The notes under the pieces were generated by a model that made no database searches, was not told the DNA's origin, and was given only the letters and a program-made list of their open reading frames with translations. Of a stretch of DNA of 64,000 nt, positions 1 through 13,359 are shown in pieces. A program made the translations under genes and the position numbers. Within the stretch, counting starts at the first letter, position 1. The number at the start of each line of letters is the position of its first letter. Source of the DNA: Epiperipatus broadwayi (lineage: Eukaryota > Animalia > Onychophora); NCBI GenBank assembly GCA_028023455.1, contig JAQFVV010000001.1, positions 7,192,001 through 7,256,000 of the forward strand, written 5' to 3'.

Positions 1-458
1 AGTCTTCATCAGATTTTATTATCTTCTTCTACTGCTCTCTATTCTCCATTTTTTTTACTAGTAGTAATAATAATAATAATGCCACCTGGCTATTCACACT
101 GTTGCAGGTAAACAAGATTAAATAGCTACAAAAGTCATTTTTTTAAAAGAGTTAATAATGCTCAACTCAATGCTAACCCGAGTGTTTTAAGAAATGTGCG
201 TATCCTAAAATAATTAGGGAACAACAGTAAAAATCAGCAAAAGCTACAGGTAGTATAAGAATTCTCTAGTATGGCAGATAGCCATCAATTCAAACAATTA
301 TAATTAATAACAGTATTTAGAAGCAAAAAGAAAAAGAGTAGAAGGAGAAATAGTGAAAAAGTTAATATGAGTTGGAAAAAAAATAGAGAGTAAAAAAATA
401 GTTTAAAAAACAAAACAAAACATTACCTGGTTAGAAAATTACTGACATAAACTATAAA

Positions 459-1760
459 ATGGTGACTGCCCAGTCGATTGGTCAGAAAGCTGGTTCTTCG
501 CAAAACACAAGAAAAACATATGCAACAATAGCAAAAACTTACCAAAATAAGAAAAACTACATCAGATGATCTTAAAGACTTAGATCTAGTAAATCAAAAT
601 AAAATTGAGCCCCCCATCCACACATAATAAACAGATGAAATGCTTGAACAGATTGGGGAGAGGTTTAACAACATGATATCTAGAATACTTTTTGCAACAT
701 TCAAAAGATTTTTGACTGAGAAATCAATAGTGCTGGTGGTAACAGACAATCATTGCACTCTCTACCATTTTCCCAAGGCACTCCTAATTGAAATGCTAAA
801 TAAAAATAATTTACTGGAGACAGTACAATGCATAGGCAACCATCCTAATAGCAGATATGTAACAGTTGAGTTTTATGAAACTACACAAAGAGATCAATTC
901 AAAAATTACATTAAAACTCTAGGAAATTTTGCAATCATACGAGTTGATGAAGGCAGATACAATAATATCACTGAAGTGTTAAAAAAATGCCTACTTTGGA
1001 TATAGCTTTAACGATTTCCAAGGAATGATGAATGCATTTGGAAAGGTTTTTTTTCAACAAATATACATCAAAGAAACACCAGTACACAGGTATTCACAAA
1101 TAGTTTTGAATATAAAATCAAGTTGCATAAAGAAATAGACCCAGAAAACATCCCCAACACACATAATAAACCAATAAGCCACATTATATTTATATATCTG
1201 AGGACTAAAATCATGTTTCACCTATGGCAATAGAGGTCACATAGTAACACAATGCAATAAAGAAGTAAATCTAGCAGAAAATAACCACCCCTCACAAAGA
1301 TTAGAAGAGAATCAAGATAGTACACACAAACCCAGGCAGCAGGAAAACATAGATTTCCCCCCCCCCCAAACAATACAATCAAAAATTAAAACAAAAAAGA
1401 AACTATAGACTATCCCCCAAGCAAGGCAATGGAATTAACAATTAACACAAATACAAATGAGGTAGATGAAAACTTTGATTCCCGGGCAAAATCACAGTGA
1501 GAATTTAATGGAAAATGAAAATACTTTCCTACAAAAAGAAACAAAAGAAGTGCCAAACAGAGATAGTAATCAAGCAGAGCACACAGTTATAAACAAAACG
1601 ACAACTGAAAGAATGGATACTACCACACAGTGCTTTCCAGTAATTGAAAACAACATTCTGGAAAGCAAAAAAAAAAGCAAAACCAAAAAAAAAAAACTAG
1701 AGAAAATAAAAAGATTAAAACAAATGAGCTGGAATATAACTAGCTACATTCGGTAAAACA
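459..1760 (+). pseudogene. LINE ORF1 (gag-like) relic, frameshifted
   Basis: ATG at 459 reads MVTAQSIGQK..KTYATIAK; ORF-track pieces 640-1005 and 1466-1756; degenerate zinc knuckle SCFTYGNRGHIVTQC at about 1211-1255; low-complexity K/E/N-rich tail. Confidence 0.6.
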
Positions 1761-1977
1761 ACAAATAGATGAAAATATGGAAATGGAACCAACTTCTCAA
1801 TATTCAAAAGAATTTGAAAATGTCAGAGACAGTGACTCGATTAAACAAATATTTACAGAACCAACAAACAACTCTAACCCTGCTGCAAGCAAGATAAACT
1901 TACAAAGGGAAGATAATAAAATTCACAAACGTCAGTACAATTGCACACTCCTTCCCTTCTACAACATTAAATAACGT

Positions 1978-4900
1978 GAAGATAAAATAACGACACTTAA
2001 TGTCCGAGGTTTAAACTCCACAAAAAAAAAATACAACAAATTAACAAATGTATACAGACAATGCAACCCAGCATATTGAGTCTATTAGAAACAAAAATAT
2101 ATAACAGATCCCAAATCAACCCGGCAACATATATGAGCATACTTGGTTTTTGTGCATGCTCAAGGGACATATCAGCACCATCAAGTGGGACAGGTATATT
2201 CATCAATCAAAAATGCCCTTTCATGTCATTTAAAATAATTTTCATAGACTCCAATCTTTTGATAACTACATTTAATTACAGAAGCTTCTCAGTTAACATG
2301 ATATTTGTATATACCCCCCAGGGGCCTATTGTAATTAACAGAATAATTTTAACCATTAACTCATTGTTAGCATCCAATCCCTACCCCACTATACTTGCCG
2401 AAGATTTTAATATGAGCTATCAAAAGTTTGTTGCAAAATTGTTAAATCAACTTGCAATATCACTTATGAGTGGTGAAGATTTTCTCCCACTGAACTCAGT
2501 ATCTTTTTATAACAACCACCACGGCACTCCCATCGATTTTATGTTTATTCTCCAATGTTACATCATTCAATCAAAGTAAGTCTCTCTCCCTCCCTATTTT
2601 CTGACTATGCAGCACAAATAATAAAATTAAATTTAAACCCATACCACAACAGAAATTATTAATATACAAGACAATAAGATTCTTCTACCAGACAACACTC
2701 CAGAGTTCCTCTTCTCCGAAACATATATCATGATAAATAAGCTCAGTCAAATGCGATTTGACTCAATCTTTAAATATATAGCATATATACACATACTCTC
2801 ATTTAATATTAATCATATTACTCAAAAATCAACCCCCCCTCTAAACTTTTAGCAGATGAGCTACACAAACCAATCAGTTACAATCAAGCAAACATAATAA
2901 AGCTGACGCAGCTATATAATCAAACATGCAATAAACTAAAACAATATCTAGCAATTAAAAAAAAGAATTTGTCTAACACAGCAACACACATGGAACCATG
3001 GATACATTTGATGGGCATTAGGCTATCCACCCACAAATAGAGCTCCCATGACATTCAGTTGGGATGGAGAAATTACAGCTGGACAAAATAAGATACAACC
3101 AATACATCAGCACTTCAAAGAAAAGTTAACAAAGCATAACCAATTCAAACCCCCAGAAAATTTTTTTGGAAAACCAGAAACAGAGACACCATTTGAAATC
3201 GCAACTTTTGCACTCATTCTATCATCAATTCCAGGTACATGGCACTTAGGACCACCAGAAATCCTACAATTTATATTGTCACATTTCAGACAATTTACAA
3301 ACACATAACTGTGCCAACTTGTAAATCAACTATCACAAAAGCTATACAATATACAAGGGCTATATCTGGTCTCAATGGTCCCTTTCATTAAAAAAACAAG
3401 CACCAATTACCAGCCTCCAATCTGAGTTCAGACTCAATGGAGCCTTTGGAAATAAAAATTCTGGAAAAAGTTTTAAAAGAAAAAATTGAACCATTAATAA
3501 AACTAATATCACAGCATCAGTATGCAAAAAAGGAATCATCAACAGGTCAAGCAGAACTGATATACAAAACAACCATTAACTCAGTAATTAAAAGGGAAAA
3601 AATATGCCCAATAGCTGTGCACTAGAATTTGAAAGTGCTTTTGATTCAGTGCCAATCAAAACACTATTAATTCAACTAAAAAAAACAGAAATACCTTGCA
3701 CAATCTTATATACAATCACCAACCTGCTACTAAACAGAGAAATTCACATCACACTCAATGGAAGATCATCATCAGGGCCTTCTATGCCAGCCAATAAATA
3801 CCACAAGGATTTCCACTCACCACATTATTATTTATATTATATTTAAACCCCCTGTTAGAACAAATTAAAAAAAAATCCAAGGAATTCCAATTCCAAACAC
3901 CAACACATACATACCATGTATAGCTTACATGGATGATGTCACAGTATTTTTAAAATCAAAAAAGCAATTACGTATACTGCAGGAAATCATAAAAGAATAT
4001 ACAGCAAATTTCGGGCTAAAAATCAACACCAACAAATCAGTGCATGGGCAATATTTACAAGTAAATTAAATACACAGATATATCAAGGAAATCCCAGTAT
4101 GTTTCTGGGTTTTGCTTTCCACTTGGGCATGAATCAAATGAGGAAGTCAGTACAAAACAACTTAAAGCAGAAACAGAAAGAATCACTGAATAACTCTACA
4201 AATCCTATCTCTCAATCTACTCAAAAGTATTGTTATACAATCAGCTTATTATGACAAAAATCATTACTATTTGCCTATAATATATTTCACAAAACATTTA
4301 TTTCAGCAATCAACTCATTATGCAACAAGCTCCTATGGAAAAGAAAAATAGTAGTAATTTCAATAAAGCAACTAAACTAACCAACAAAATGGAATGGCCT
4401 TGTTATTGCATGCAGTACAAACTTTTTACACACAAAAAACAGTAAATCTACTGATTGCCGTATTTAGATGTTTCCCAAACATAGAGAAAAAACTAGAAAT
4501 CACACCCACTGACTGATGCCCTCCCACAGATAATTATATAAATACCCTATTGGTAAGTATTGAAAACATTAAAAACAAAATAACACTTAAGAACCCTATT
4601 AAATATACTTATTGGCAAATACATGATTTTCTATCTCAGAACCAAGAAGATAATAATAAGCTAACAGTACTGGAAATAGATAATAGCCAACTACTCAAAA
4701 AATACAAAAGATGGTACCTAGAACAAAAATGTTTGGACTTTATCCTCAAATTGAATCTAAATGCTTTACCTACAGCACATTTCATTCGCTTCAGGAGATT
4801 CTTTGTAAAAGTTAATCCAATATATGCTTTGTGTCACAGGGAAGAAACACAAGAACATTTGATACACTACTGTAGAGGCCTAGACAAAGTTAGAGAACTG

Positions 4901-5240
4901 ATGTTGAACAATTATAGGAAAAGTGAAACCACAATAGAAAAAATGCTGAAAACATTCAAGGAAAACAAAATAATAATATGTGCAGCCACTTTCAGCATAC
5001 ATGCCTTATGGTATACCAGATGTACATTTACCTTAGGAAACAATCCAAAAAGACATCCTAACATATCTTAACAAGCTCGAAAAACTTAAAAAAAGAGGCA
5101 ATCTTTTTGCACCAACGGATGTTTTTGCCACCACTTGGTCTCTCTTTAAAATAAGATCAGCATTATAATGGATACACAAAACATAACCTCAGATAAAATG
5201 GAAAGCCAGAATGGACCAACAATAAGAACTGAAATATGAA
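1978..5240 (+). pseudogene. LINE ORF2 relic: AP endonuclease, reverse transcriptase and C-terminal CCHC
   Basis: APE motifs TTLNVRGLNS (about 1990), LLETK, ILAEDFN, PIDFMF and SDYAAQI; RT motifs LEFESAFDSVP (about 3625), CIAYMDDVTVFL (about 3918) and GLKINTNKS (about 4013); CALCHREETQEHLIHYC (about 4825). Many stops and frameshifts. Confidence 0.88.
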
Positions 5241-5512
5241 AACTATAATAATTACTTAAAGACTCTAATGGTTAAAAAAAAAAAAAAAGGGTTTTCTTTC
5301 TGTATTTAATGATGAATCCTAGTATATTATGTTTGATACAATGTACAACCTGATATGATGTAATCAATTTTTGCCTAATAAAGTTTGCTTTGAAACATCA
5401 TAATGATGATGATGATGATAATAATAATAATAAAGTTTTTGCTGAAAAAAGTGTAAGAAGAATTATTTGAATTGCAATCTTTAGAATTACTTAGATTTTA
5501 ATGTTTTTCAAT

Positions 5513-8158
5513 CATATACCCCTAATTCTTCTTTTACACAATAGATTGGTTTCCAAAAAATCCGTGTAAAAAAAATTTGTATAAAAAAATATATTGTATA
5601 TATAGAAAATAAGGAGATTAGTTCCAGATGTAAGAAATCAACGAAAATAAGTAAATAAAACATATAAAAAATTTCGTTAGAATATATATTTTGCATGCTA
5701 TCAAATTTTACTTCATAAACATTGTACATAAATAAAAATGAATTACAGAAACATAAATTTCACTTGAAAAATAAAAAATTATAAAGAAACAATGCACATG
5801 AAAATTAGGCAGAATTTGTAATTTGAGTCATACATAGCTAGACTTTATTCGCTGTTACTTTCTGACAATAAATGCTTATGTTTGTGCATGACTAAAACCA
5901 CCAACATCACTGCTATCACTCGCAATACTTTGGTCATTGTGTTCTTCTTCCATTGATGAAATTCTCTCTGTAAACTCCTCAACAACACTAGCAGTATTGT
6001 CCTGAGGTGCTGATGTTACATTTTTATGAATGAATTTACTAATTAATGGTTAAGTTAATATAGTGGCTAGGACTTTGTATAGTTCTCTATATGATGCCAT
6101 TAGTGATTTCAGATCTTGTTGAAACTTTGAAACTTGTTCCTCATTAAAATCATACTTAACAAAATGATTACCTAATTGTTTAACAAGAGCAAGAACTTCT
6201 TTAATTAAATTAGTATTTAATATTAGATCACCATCTTCTTTAATTAAATTAGTATTTAACATTAGATTATCATCTTTACTATCACTGTCTTCTTTAGGAT
6301 TGGGAGTTTTAAGAAAAATCTCTACAATTTCTTTCTCATTTAAAGTTATTTCATGTAACAATTCACAATATCATCGGATGTTATATCATTGAATCATTCT
6401 CCACCAATAGTGAGCCATTATTATGATGTTGGGAAATTGAGTTATATTAGAGACTATCAGGATCTTTGCTTTTCACATATTCTGGCCAAAAAGTTTTCCA
6501 ACATCCATTCAAAGTTGAAGATCTTAATTTGAATAATGTTAATCCAGCTTGATTCACACAATTCAAAATTGAAAATTTCTTTTACACATCTATGGCACTT
6601 AAAGTTTTATCTTCAATTTGTCCAAAATGTATTGAAATGTTCATTTTAGATATTATGTTTTAAATGATGCAACAATTCTTTGGCCTAATGATCGAATCAA
6701 GGATGTGATATTAGGCAGCAAAAAAACAAAATTATATATTTGGATGTTTCAAGACTGGATGGCTGAGGGTGTTATCTAGAATCAATAGAACTTTAAATTC
6801 TAGACCTTTGGCATTCATGTATTACCTAACTTTTGGAATAAAACATTTGCTGAATCATTCCATAAAAATTTCAGTGCTTATCCAAACTTTTTTATTTGCC
6901 ATCCAGTGAACTGCCAATTTATTCAAATCTACACCTTTTATTGAATGTGATCTTTGGACTTCATTAATAAACAGAGACTTCAATATGTTATCTCCTGAAG
7001 CATTGGAATAGAATACCAAAATGATACAATATTTTCTACTTTAAAACCACCAACAATTTTTTGTGATTTAACTACATAGTTCTACTTGGCATTCTCTTAC
7101 AAAAAAGACTACTTTCATCAACATTCCAAACTTGATCAGGAGTGTATTTCCCATCTTCAATAATTTTAACTAATTTTTATGGAAATGTTTTGGCAACTGT
7201 TTTGAATTCAGCTTCATCTTCATTTTAATGTTGTGAAATGCATGTCTTTCAAAAACTTTATCATCCATCCAGTTCTTGTAGAAAATTTACATTCCTTGTT
7301 TAACTCAGTTGAAATGCCTGCTTCGATTTCTTTAATTTGTTTCTAAATTTTTAGTGCTGCTTGCTTGATGGCATTTACATCTACTGGCACTTTTTTTTGG
7401 AACATTTCTTCTATTCACATTATTGAGACTTTTTTCATTTTCTTCTTAATAATATCTTTTGTATAAAATGATGACTTAGCATTCAATTTTGTTCCAGAAC
7501 ATATCAACTTTCTAATAGCAACTTCATTTCCTTTAATAGTTCTTATAATAGTTTAATGTAAACCAAAATGCTTTTCTATAGGTATCTCCTTCTCTTGTTG
7601 CAAGATGATTTAAAATTTGAATTTTAGTGTCCAGAGAAATCTCTTTTCTCATTTTTTATGTGAATTATTTGACATTGTATGAGGCTACAGAAAAATATTT
7701 TAGATTAATAAAACATAGATTCAAAAGTATGCATACCATCTATTGATTTTTGGAAAAAATAATATATTAAATTTAAACATATTAATCAATTAAATTTAAA
7801 CAAAATTAATTTTGTTTAACACCAATATCAACAAGGAAGACTTTCTTTTTAAAACCTGATGACAAAATGCAAACAAAAAAGGTACTTCTCCTTTCAAATT
7901 ATCAAAAATGTTACAATGGAAACAAGCAAATTCCCCTATTTGCAAGAATATTGCCAAAAAGGGCATTTTTGTATTTAAAATAATGGGAAATAAAGAGATG
8001 AAACTTTTTTAAAAAAATTAGCTGATGATAACGGATAAATTTTTTTTACCGATTTTGTTATTTTAAAATAACTCATGTAGAATGATTTTTTTTTTTAAAC
8101 TCGTGCTATTTCAAAATCCTGCAAAAAAAAATTGTTTAAAAAAAGAATTAGGTATACA
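5513..8158 (-). mobile_element. Tigger/pogo-type Tc1-mariner DNA transposon, decayed
   Basis: Imperfect TIRs at 5513-5541 (tatacccctaattcttcttttacacaat) and 8131-8158 (reverse complement tatacctaattctttttttaaacaat), with TA at 8159-8160; internal transposase relic. Confidence 0.8.
5880..7655 (-). pseudogene. Tigger-family (CENP-B HTH plus DDE_1) transposase relic
   Basis: Minus-strand translation gives MRKEISLDTKIQILNHL, GWMIKFLKRHAFHNIK, TPDQVWNVDESSLF.KRMPSRT, FKVLLILDNTLSHP and LPNITSLIRSLGQRIVASFK; the acidic C-terminal part is in ORF 6050-6361. Confidence 0.88.
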
Positions 8159-8468
8159 TAAATTCTCTCTCTTTGTTAAAATATATATATTATGTTGTAT
8201 AATATGTCAATGATATTTTAATGATATTAAAAAATTCACATCTATGCTAGAATTTTTTTAAAATAACATTTATATCTAAATAGGAAGATTGTAATAAGTA
8301 TGGAAAATAAAATTAATATAATTTTCTTCTTCTTTTTAAAGTTCTATTAACTTACAGATTTTAAATAAACACTAACTACAATTGTATTAGAATTTCTTTC
8401 TGCTTCATATTCTTTTATGCATTGACTTATTACAATATAATCAAGTCAAATTTGTTTACATTTTCTTA

Positions 8469-8557
8469 GTTTCAAATGACCAGTAGTCTTCATCAGAACT
8501 CTCTCAAACTTTTAATAGAGAGCTCTGATGAAGACTGCTGGTCAGTTGAAACTATTA
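8469..8557 (+). ncRNA. Fold-back containing a degenerate minimal hammerhead ribozyme
   Basis: Inverted arms 8469-8504 and 8517-8553. The plus arm reads AGCT-CTGATGA-A-GACTG(CTGGT)CAGTT-GAAAC-TA; the 3' part of stem I is eroded. Confidence 0.5.
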
Positions 8558-9727
8558 CCGAAAATATAAAGAAATAAAATTTGTTTGATAACAATGCAAA
8601 AAGGGATTAATGAAGGGGGAAATGGTAATATGTAACTATAACTGCTATAGGAATTGATGAATAAATACAATCTTTCATTAAACATCATATCCTTTAATAT
8701 ATGAGTTTTAATATTTAAAAAACAAAACTTAATAAAGTTTATGAGATTTCTTTTAAAATATAATGGACTACTTTGTGCATATATGATTGATAGTCAAATA
8801 TCAACTAAATTCCTAAATTATAAATTTGCTTTTAGACATATCAAATAATTGAATGAACTTAAAAAAAAATTGATAAAAATTTTTTTTCAAGTACCTAATT
8901 TCTTTTTCTTCCAAATTAAAATTGGTCAGCTAATCCATTAATCATGCCTGAAATTTGGGATTCAACTCTATCTAAATGAACCTTAAATTTTTTTTCAAAT
9001 CATGAGTAGATTTAAGATTTTTTAACTAGGTATTTAAACCTATAATCAACTCAACCATCTAGCATTGGTTATAAAATGGGTATCTATCTATTATTATCTG
9101 AAGTATCCAGGTTTTATATGTATGTGGATCTAAACTATATAAATAAGAAATACATTTAACTTTATTATAGATGGGAAACTTTTTAATAGTACAACTTACC
9201 ATCTTGCTGAAATAAATCAAATTCAAAAATTCATTAGCACTGAAAAACAATTTAAAGTGAAAATATATTAACTGTTTTTAATTATTTGTATCATTTAAAT
9301 CAGATTATCAAACAATAAAGTAGCATGGGTGTTTTTTTTAAATACTGACTTTTTAAAATGTTTAAATTAATAACATGATAAATGCAGATATCCTTTAATT
9401 AAGATATCATTCAAACTCTAACTTAGTATCATCTAATAAAAGAACATTCCATAATATTTGGAATTACTGTGAGATCTAATCTGAGGCTGATGTATCCAAT
9501 ATAAGACTAATAATAATAAAATTGATTTGAAATGTTTACTTCTCGAGTTTATTAGATTAAAAAAAAATCAGAGATTAAAATTTTTTTATTTCTTGATGGA
9601 TATAATTTTCTTCTTCTTTTTTCTTTCCTATGTATTGATTTTATTTTTGTTGATATTGTGTACTTAATTATGTATATGAATATGTGTATAAGTGTATTAA
9701 TTATATAATTATATATTTGAATATTGC

Positions 9728-9767
9728 AGCTCTGATGATAACTGCAGGTCAGTCGAAACAGTTAGTT
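9728..9767 (+). ncRNA. Minimal hammerhead-like motif, same family as 8521
   Basis: AGCT-CTGATGA-TA-ACTG(CAGGT)CAGT-C-GAAAC-A-GTT-AGTT; core boxes intact, one base missing in stem III. Confidence 0.55.
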
Positions 9768-9944
9768 TTGATATAAATAAAGAGTATTGATAAAGTGTTT
9801 AAGAAAGGTGTAAATGGTACAATATGTTTCTTGATGGATAATATTAAAAATATCAAAAACATTAGAAGTGTTTTTTTTTTTTTGGAGAGTTTAAGGCACA
9901 TGTTAGTAGGAACAAAAACTACAGACTAAAATTATTGAAAATCA

Positions 9945-10137
9945 TAATATTGAACTTTGTAATTATAAATTTTATTAAACGCTCACTATTATTTCAGTAA
10001 TAGTTTTAACAAGGCTGTAAACCTTAGCAATGAGCATCTGAAAAAATCGTCAGAGGTCCCTAGTGACGATTTTTTCAGACGCTCATTGCTAAGGTTTACA
10101 GCCTTGTTAAAACTATTACTAATATTGAACTTTGTAA
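9945..10137. mobile_element. Short fold-back insertion with 57-bp inverted arms and 18-bp TSD
   Basis: Arms 9996-10052 and 10064-10120 (one mismatch), 11-nt loop; direct repeat taatattgaactttgtaa at 9945-9962 and 10120-10137. Confidence 0.8.
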
Positions 10138-10515
10138 ACTCCAATATTTTGTTGTTATTGAGTTTTTGCATAATGTATGAATTGTCTATTATAAACATTT
10201 ATTTATGCAAAAGAAAAAACTGCCATAAAGAAATATGAATAAACCTACAATCAAAACAATGGCAGTTTTGAATTACATTGTAGGTAAGAATTGGAATAAA
10301 AATAAATTTATTATTATAGAAGCATTTACAATTGAAAATTGTTAGACAAATGAAGGATTTACATTTCAAAAATAAAACGATAGCTTGTATTAAAAATAAA
10401 TACTATTCAAATGTCTTCATAAAAAGTTTGATGTTTGTTCTTTGGAGTCAGGATGCTAAATTTCAATAACTGTTAAACAATAAAATTATTAGTTTTGTTT
10501 TTGAGATTTTCCAAT

Positions 10516-10957
10516 TTAAAGAAGCTGCTGACATGACAATGACAAAAAATCTCATAAGCCAGCCCAGTGTGATTATACATAATATATGGAAACCACTAAT
10601 CAACATTGCTCTTAGAAAAAAGTAAAGAAATCGGGAGGAACATCATAGATAAATATATGAAATTACTACAGACTGTTGCATTTGGCAGGATGGTTCAGTT
10701 GGTTAGAACATTACCTTAAAATTCAAAAATCAAGAAACTAAGGACACAGGTTCAAATCCCATGCTAGTACTGTCACTAGTCAGGCAAGCAAAATCTGAAG
10801 AAGAGGGGAGATTAATACCTCTCAAAACATTGTGCATATACTAACCTGTTTGATGTGCTATTACTAATTGTTGAATGTATTTGGAATATTTAAATAAAGT
10901 TAAATTTTTCTAAAGACATTCAATACATATATTATTAGATGATGGAAATAGTCCAAT
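10516..10957 (+). repeat. 5' pseudo-LTR of the PLE
   Basis: Aligns end to end with 13080-13533, with scattered substitutions. Confidence 0.88.
10684..10760 (+). promoter_or_regulatory. tRNA-like Pol III A/B-box cassette inside the 5' pseudo-LTR
   Basis: GGCAGGATGGTTCAGTTGGTTAGA (A box 10691-10702) and GGTTCAAATCC (B box 10749-10759); no intact anticodon arm. Confidence 0.6.
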
Positions 10958-11009
10958 ATAAAAATATATAACTAGAATACCATCATCATAAACCTTCAGG
11001 AAAACACCA

Positions 11010-13110
11010 AGTATTCAGTATGGATCCAATACTATATCAAACTTTAGACATTATGAAAAATTATGTCTAAAGCTAGTCAAAATAGAAAATCATTTAACTT
11101 TCTTATATAAATGTAAATCTGAAGGAATAATTCCTAAAGGTTTGCAACTAAAACCTCCAATTTACTCTCAGAGAGTTGAGAACATTATTCAGAGAACAAA
11201 TGAAGCTCTGTTAAGGGAAAGAATAAATGCTCAAAGGTTTTCTAAGTATCAAACATTGCATTCCATTAATAATGTAGAATGTTTTCTAAAAAATAAACTT
11301 ACTGATGAAGACTACATGAGAGTTTCTCAAGTGGTAAGAAAATCATATTCTACATTAAATGGAAAAATAAAAGAATGCCAAAAAAAGAAACTTACTAACC
11401 TACATGGGCACATCAAAAACCATAATGTACAAAGCAATGTACCAGCCACTAAGAAAGTCACTCAAAAATTGCATTTAGAAAAAGCAGTAGAATTATGCTG
11501 GAGATTAAAAAGAACATTGACAAGCAATAAAATTTGAAGTCAAACATATCTTATGGTGAGAGAAAAGCAATTAAATCTCTCAAAGTAGATAAATCTATAA
11601 TTATTCTCCATGCTGACAAAGGCAATGCAACAGTTGTAATTGATACAACTTATTATGACAACAAAATACAAGAACTCCTTACAGAAGGTCAATATAGAAA
11701 AGTGGCAAAAAATCCAATACCCAGTACAGAAACTAAGTTACAAACATTACTCAGAAAGCATCGCAAGTACTTCACTGATTCAGAAAAAAGTAAAATAACA
11801 TCATATTTCAGCAAAATTTTTCATCTTTATGGTCAATTAAAATTCATAAGGATTATGTTCCACTAAGACCTATTGTTAGTTCTAGAAATTCACCTTACAA
11901 AAATTTGCCAAGATTTATTCTCAAAGTTCTAAGTCCTTTGGCATACAAGACCCAGTCCTTTGTTAGGGATTCTAGACCCTTTGTAGAATTAATCAAGAGC
12001 ATAAAAACTGTAAGAACCCATTTACTGGTAAGCTTTGATGTGGAAAGTTTATTTATGAATGTACCATGTGAAGAAGCATTGTCTATTGTAAGGAAAGGAT
12101 TAAATGGTGATAATATTTACAAACCAGAACAGATCTTCCTGTTGATAGTATAATGGAACTATTAATATTCTGCATAAAAACAATCTACTTTCAATATAAC
12201 ACAGAATTCTTCCAACAAAATCAAGGAATAGCCATGGGCTCACCATTGTCTTCCCTGATTAGCAATATTTACATGGAAGAACTTGAAACCTTAGCCATAA
12301 AAACAACTCCATATACACCTAAAGCTTGGCTTCACTATGTGGATGATATATTTGTTGTATGGCCACATTGTGAAACACTGCTACAAACTTTCTGGAAACA
12401 CATGCACAAGAACAAAAATTGTCATTCTCAGATGTTCTTGTGACAAGACTCCTTCATGACAAAATGAAAACTACAGTTTACTGAAAACTTACATATACAG
12501 AAAAATTCCTAGTCTATACATCCAATCACACCAGCATCACAAAACAAGGAGTTATACTATCACTATGAAACAGAGGAAAAGAAGTTTGTTCAGAAACCAG
12601 CAATTTGGAAAAAGAAGACTTATATAGAACAAACTCTTATGAAAAATGGTTGTTCATCAGCTATTATTAAAAAAACTTTAAATAGACAAAAAGAAACATC
12701 AAGAGAAAAGACAATTATTGGTGCTGTAATATACCCATACATTCCAAAAATAGCAGACCCATTAAGGAAAATCTGCAATCAGTATAACTTCAGAACAGCT
12801 TTCCAGAGCCATACCTCCATATGAGAAATTCTAACATCTACAAAGCATAAACTTGAAATGATAAAAAAACTGCATCTATGAAATACTATGTGAATGTGGA
12901 AGAACCTATATTGGGGAGACCAGTCAGCCCATTGAAAAGTGATTGCAAAAATACAAACTGATGAATAGAAGAAAGAAAACAGATGTGTCTAAGATAGCAG
13001 AACATGTATATTCCAATGAACATATGTTCAACTGGGAAAATACAAAAATATTGGATAGAAAAGAAAAGTACAAAGAACATTTAAAGAGGCTGCTCACATG
13101 ACAATGGCAA
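11010..13110 (+). pseudogene. PLE reverse transcriptase and GIY-YIG endonuclease, frameshifted
   Basis: ENHLTFLYKCKSEGIIPKGLQLK, NISYGERKAIKSLK..ADKGNATVV, LVSFDVESLFMNVP, QGIAMGSPLSSLISNIYME, WLHYVDDIFVVW, and CIYEILCECGRTYIGETSQ (about 12872-12930) followed by SKIAEHV. Confidence 0.92.
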
Positions 13111-13248
13111 AAAATTCCATAAGCCAACCCAGTGTGACTATACATAATGTATGGAAACCACTAATCAACTTTGCTCTTAGAAAAAAGTGCAAAATTCAGG
13201 AGGAACATTGTAGATAAGTATATAAAATTACTACAGACTGTTGCCTTT

Positions 13249-13325
13249 GGCAGGATGGCTCAGTTGGTTAGAGCATTACCTTAAAATTCAAAAATCAAGA
13301 ATCTAAGGACCCAGGTTTAAATTCC
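13249..13325 (+). promoter_or_regulatory. tRNA-like Pol III A/B-box cassette inside the 3' pseudo-LTR
   Basis: GGCAGGATGGCTCAGTTGGTTAGAGCA (A box 13256-13267) and GGTTTAAATTCC (eroded B box 13314-13325). Confidence 0.6.
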
Positions 13326-13359
13326 ATGATAGTACTGTCACTGGTCAGGCCAGCAACAT

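Larger units (their letters stand above)
81..5400 (+). mobile_element. Decayed near full-length L1/Tx1-type non-LTR retrotransposon
   Basis: Gag-like ORF1 relic followed by APE-RT-CCHC ORF2 relic; A-run at about 5274-5288; AATAAA at about 5377; (TAA)n tract on the left (65-80) and a (GAT)n(AAT)n tract on the right (5401-5432). The clade call is inferred from domain order. Confidence 0.8.

Noticed and set aside
8022-8050. CTGATGA in the Tigger subterminal region as a hammerhead
   Set aside because: No GAAA-NUH arrangement follows.
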